This document shows positions 39,644-42,328 of a DNA stretch of 42,328 bases, one piece after another (position 1 is the stretch's first letter; each line of letters opens with the position of its first letter). The stretch comes from a virus. The stretch is taken from the UHGV virus genome UHGV-0075042; one strand, written 5' to 3'. The translations under genes were made by a program, and so were the position numbers. Below the pieces are notes generated by a model, which had not been told where the DNA came from, did no database searches, and saw only the letters and a program-made list of their open reading frames with translations.

Positions 39644-39862
39644 ATGTACTTGACTCTTCAGGAGTGGAACGCTCGCCAGCGACGCCCAAGAAGCCTTGAA
39701 ACAGTTCGTCGATGGGTGCGCGAATGCAGGATATTCCCTCCTCCGGTTAAGGATGGAAGAGAGTATCTGTTCCACGAATCAGCGGTAAAGGTTGACTTAA
39801 ATCGACCAGTAACAGGTAGCCTTTTGAAGAGGATCAGAAATGGGAAGAAGGCGAAGTCATGA
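39644..39862 (+). CDS. xis: Excisionase Xis (lambda-type)
   Basis: 72 aa, MYLTLQEWNARQRRPRSLETVRRWVRECRIFPPPVKDGREYLFHESAVKVDL matches lambda Xis. Confidence 0.95.
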   Translation: MYLTLQEWNARQRRPRSLETVRRWVRECRIFPPPVKDGREYLFHESAVKVDLNRPVTGSLLKRIRNGKKAKS

Positions 39863-40910
39863 GCGCCGGGATTTACCCCCTAACCTTTATTTAAGAAACA
39901 ATGGATATTACTGCTACAGGGACCCAAGGACGGGTAAAGAGTTCGGATTAGGCAGAGACAGGAGGATAGCAATCACTGAAGCTATACAGGCCAACATTGA
40001 GTTATTTTCAGGACACAAACACAAGCCTCTGACAGCGAGAATCAACAGTGATAATTCTGTTACGTTACATTCATGGCTTGATCGCTACGAAAAAATCCTC
40101 GCCAGCAGAGGAATCAAGCAGAAGACACTCATAAATTACATGAGCAAAATTAAAGCAATAAGGAGGGGTCTGCCTGATGCTCCACTTGAAGACATCACCA
40201 CAAAAGAAATTGCGGCAATGCTCAATGGATACATAGACGAGGGCAAGGCTGCGTCAGCCAAGTTAATCAGATCAACACTGAGCGATGCATTCCGAGAGGC
40301 AATAGCTGAAGGCCATATAACAACAAACCCTGTCGCTGCCACTCGCGCAGCAAAATCAGAGGTAAGGAGATCAAGACTTACGGCTGACGAATACCTGAAA
40401 ATTTATCAAGCAGCAGAATCATCACCATGTTGGCTCAGACTTGCAATGGAACTGGCTGTTGTTACCGGGCAGCGAGTTGGTGATTTATGCGAAATGAAGT
40501 GGTCTGATATCGTAGATGGATATCTTTATGTCGAGCAAAGCAAAACAGGCGTAAAAATTGCCATCCCAACAACATTGCATGTTGATGCTCTCGGGATATC
40601 AATGAAGGAAACACTTGATAAATGCAAAGAGATTCTTGGCGGAGAAACCATAATTGCATCTACTCGTCGTGAACCGCTTTCATCCGGCACAGTATCAAGG
40701 TATTTTATGCGCGCACGAAAAGCATCAGGTCTTTCCTTCGAAGGGGATCCGCCTACCTTTCACGAGTTGCGCAGTTTGTCTGCAAGACTCTATGAGAAGC
40801 AGATAAGCGATAAGTTTGCTCAACATCTTCTCGGGCATAAGTCGGACACCATGGCATCACAGTATCGTGATGACAGAGGCAGGGAGTGGGACAAAATTGA
40901 AATCAAATAA
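39840..40910 (+). CDS. int: Integrase Int (lambda-type tyrosine recombinase)
   Basis: 356 aa, MGRRRSHERRDLPPNLY...RDDRGREWDKIEIK matches lambda Int almost throughout as recalled; overlaps xis 3' end as in lambda. Confidence 0.97.
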   Translation: MGRRRSHERRDLPPNLYLRNNGYYCYRDPRTGKEFGLGRDRRIAITEAIQANIELFSGHKHKPLTARINSDNSVTLHSWLDRYEKILASRGIKQKTLINYMSKIKAIRRGLPDAPLEDITTKEIAAMLNGYIDEGKAASAKLIRSTLSDAFREAIAEGHITTNPVAATRAAKSEVRRSRLTADEYLKIYQAAESSPCWLRLAMELAVVTGQRVGDLCEMKWSDIVDGYLYVEQSKTGVKIAIPTTLHVDALGISMKETLDKCKEILGGETIIASTRREPLSSGTVSRYFMRARKASGLSFEGDPPTFHELRSLSARLYEKQISDKFAQHLLGHKSDTMASQYRDDRGREWDKIEIK

Positions 40911-41000
40911 TGATTTTATTTTGACTGATAGTGACCTGTTCGTTGCAACAAATTGATAAGCAATGCTTTTTTATAATGCCAACTTAGTATAAAAAAGCAG
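40911..41000. other. attL junction (P' arm, 15-bp core, bacterial B arm)
   Basis: Core TTAGTATAAAAAAGC at 40984..40998 (reverse complement of lambda core GCTTTTTTATACTAA), preceded by lambda P'-arm sequence and followed by host sequence leading into ybhC. Confidence 0.8.
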
Positions 41001-41044
41001 GCTTCAACGGATTCATTTTTCTATTTCATAGCCCGGAGCAACCT

Positions 41045-42328
41045 GTGAACACATTTTCAGTTTCCCGTCTGGCGCTGGCATTGGCTTTTGGCGTGACGCT
41101 GACCGCCTGTAGCTCAACACCGCCCGATCAACGTCCTTCTGATCAAACCGCGCCTGGTACCTCTTCTCGCCCGATTCTGTCGGCAAAAGAAGCGCAGAAT
41201 TTCGATGCTCAACACTATTTTGCATCCCTGACACCAGGTGCGGCAGCGTGGAATCCTTCCCCGATTACCCTGCCTGCGCAACCTGACTTTGTTGTCGGCC
41301 CGGCGGGTACTCAAGGTGTAACGCATACCACGATTCAGGCGGCGGTAGATGCGGCAATTATCAAGCGCACCAACAAGCGCCAGTATATTGCCGTGATGCC
41401 TGGTGAGTATCAGGGAACGGTGTATGTCCCTGCCGCTCCGGGTGGAATTACTCTGTACGGTACAGGTGAAAAACCGATTGATGTGAAGATTGGGCTTTCC
41501 CTTGATGGGGGCATGAGCCCTGCCGACTGGCGTCACGACGTCAACCCGCGCGGCAAATATATGCCAGGTAAACCAGCGTGGTATATGTACGATAGCTGCC
41601 AGAGCAAACGCAGCGACAGTATCGGTGTTCTCTGCTCTGCGGTCTTCTGGTCACAAAACAATGGCCTGCAACTGCAAAATCTGACCATCGAAAACACGCT
41701 GGGCGATAGCGTAGATGCGGGTAACCATCCGGCGGTGGCACTGCGTACTGATGGTGACAAAGTGCAGATCAATAACGTCAACATTCTCGGTCGTCAGAAT
41801 ACCTTCTTTGTCACCAACAGTGGTGTGCAAAACCGTCTGGAAACCAACCGTCAGCCGCGTACTCTGGTGACCAACAGTTACATTGAAGGGGATGTGGATA
41901 TCGTTTCTGGTCGCGGCGCAGTGGTGTTCGATAACACCGAATTCCGCGTGGTGAACTCACGTACTCAGCAAGAAGCGTATGTGTTTGCACCGGCTACGCT
42001 GTCTAACATCTATTACGGTTTCCTCGCCGTAAACAGCCGTTTCAATGCTTCCGGTGATGGCGTGGCGCAACTGGGTCGCTCGCTGGATGTTGATGCCAAT
42101 ACCAACGGTCAGGTGGTGATCCGTGATAGCGCCATCAACGAAGGTTTTAACACAGCCAAACCCTGGGCTGATGCGGTGATCTCTAATCGTCCGTTTGCGG
42201 GTAACACCGGCAGCGTTGATGATAACGACGAAATACAACGCAATCTGAATGACACTAACTACAACCGCATGTGGGAATACAATAACCGCGGCGTGGGTAG
42301 CAAAGTGGTTGCAGAGGCGAAGAAGTAA
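41045..42328 (+). CDS. ybhC: Host YbhC outer-membrane lipoprotein (pectinesterase-family putative thioesterase)
   Basis: 427 aa, GTG start, lipoprotein signal (LALAFGVTLTAC); matches E. coli YbhC, the gene flanking lambda attB. Confidence 0.9.
   Translation: MNTFSVSRLALALAFGVTLTACSSTPPDQRPSDQTAPGTSSRPILSAKEAQNFDAQHYFASLTPGAAAWNPSPITLPAQPDFVVGPAGTQGVTHTTIQAAVDAAIIKRTNKRQYIAVMPGEYQGTVYVPAAPGGITLYGTGEKPIDVKIGLSLDGGMSPADWRHDVNPRGKYMPGKPAWYMYDSCQSKRSDSIGVLCSAVFWSQNNGLQLQNLTIENTLGDSVDAGNHPAVALRTDGDKVQINNVNILGRQNTFFVTNSGVQNRLETNRQPRTLVTNSYIEGDVDIVSGRGAVVFDNTEFRVVNSRTQQEAYVFAPATLSNIYYGFLAVNSRFNASGDGVAQLGRSLDVDANTNGQVVIRDSAINEGFNTAKPWADAVISNRPFAGNTGSVDDNDEIQRNLNDTNYNRMWEYNNRGVGSKVVAEAKK

Overview
This window is almost entirely one ~41-kb mosaic lambdoid prophage, integrated at the lambda attachment site next to host ybhC (41045..42328). 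Reading right to left it has the prophage order: attL core (40984..40998), lambda-type int/xis, a pL early operon (orf55, Ea8.5/Ea22-like, RecT module, cIII, Ea10, Ral, N, with sieB opposite), the cI/cro/cII immunity region with operators and nutL/nutR, an O-like initiator with internal ori iterons, DnaB-type helicase, nin region with RusA, a lambda-like Q-pR'-tR' segment, a pinholin/SAR-endolysin/Rz/Rz1 lysis cassette, then P22/Sf6-like podovirus morphogenesis genes ending in a tailspike. At the far left lies a P22-style O-antigen conversion module (gtrA-gtrB-gtrC) contiguous with a second, P4-like integrase and an apparently unused attP-like spacer. IS1 sits in the ejection-protein genes with no target-site duplication and truncates one of them, so the prophage is probably defective. 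The best candidate for an undescribed system is an AT-rich two-gene cassette on the opposite strand between the lysis genes and small terminase (20025..21172); a small membrane protein in the rex position after cI (31824..32192) is a second candidate. All assignments are from reading the ORF translations and sequence by eye and from recalled family features; no searches were run.
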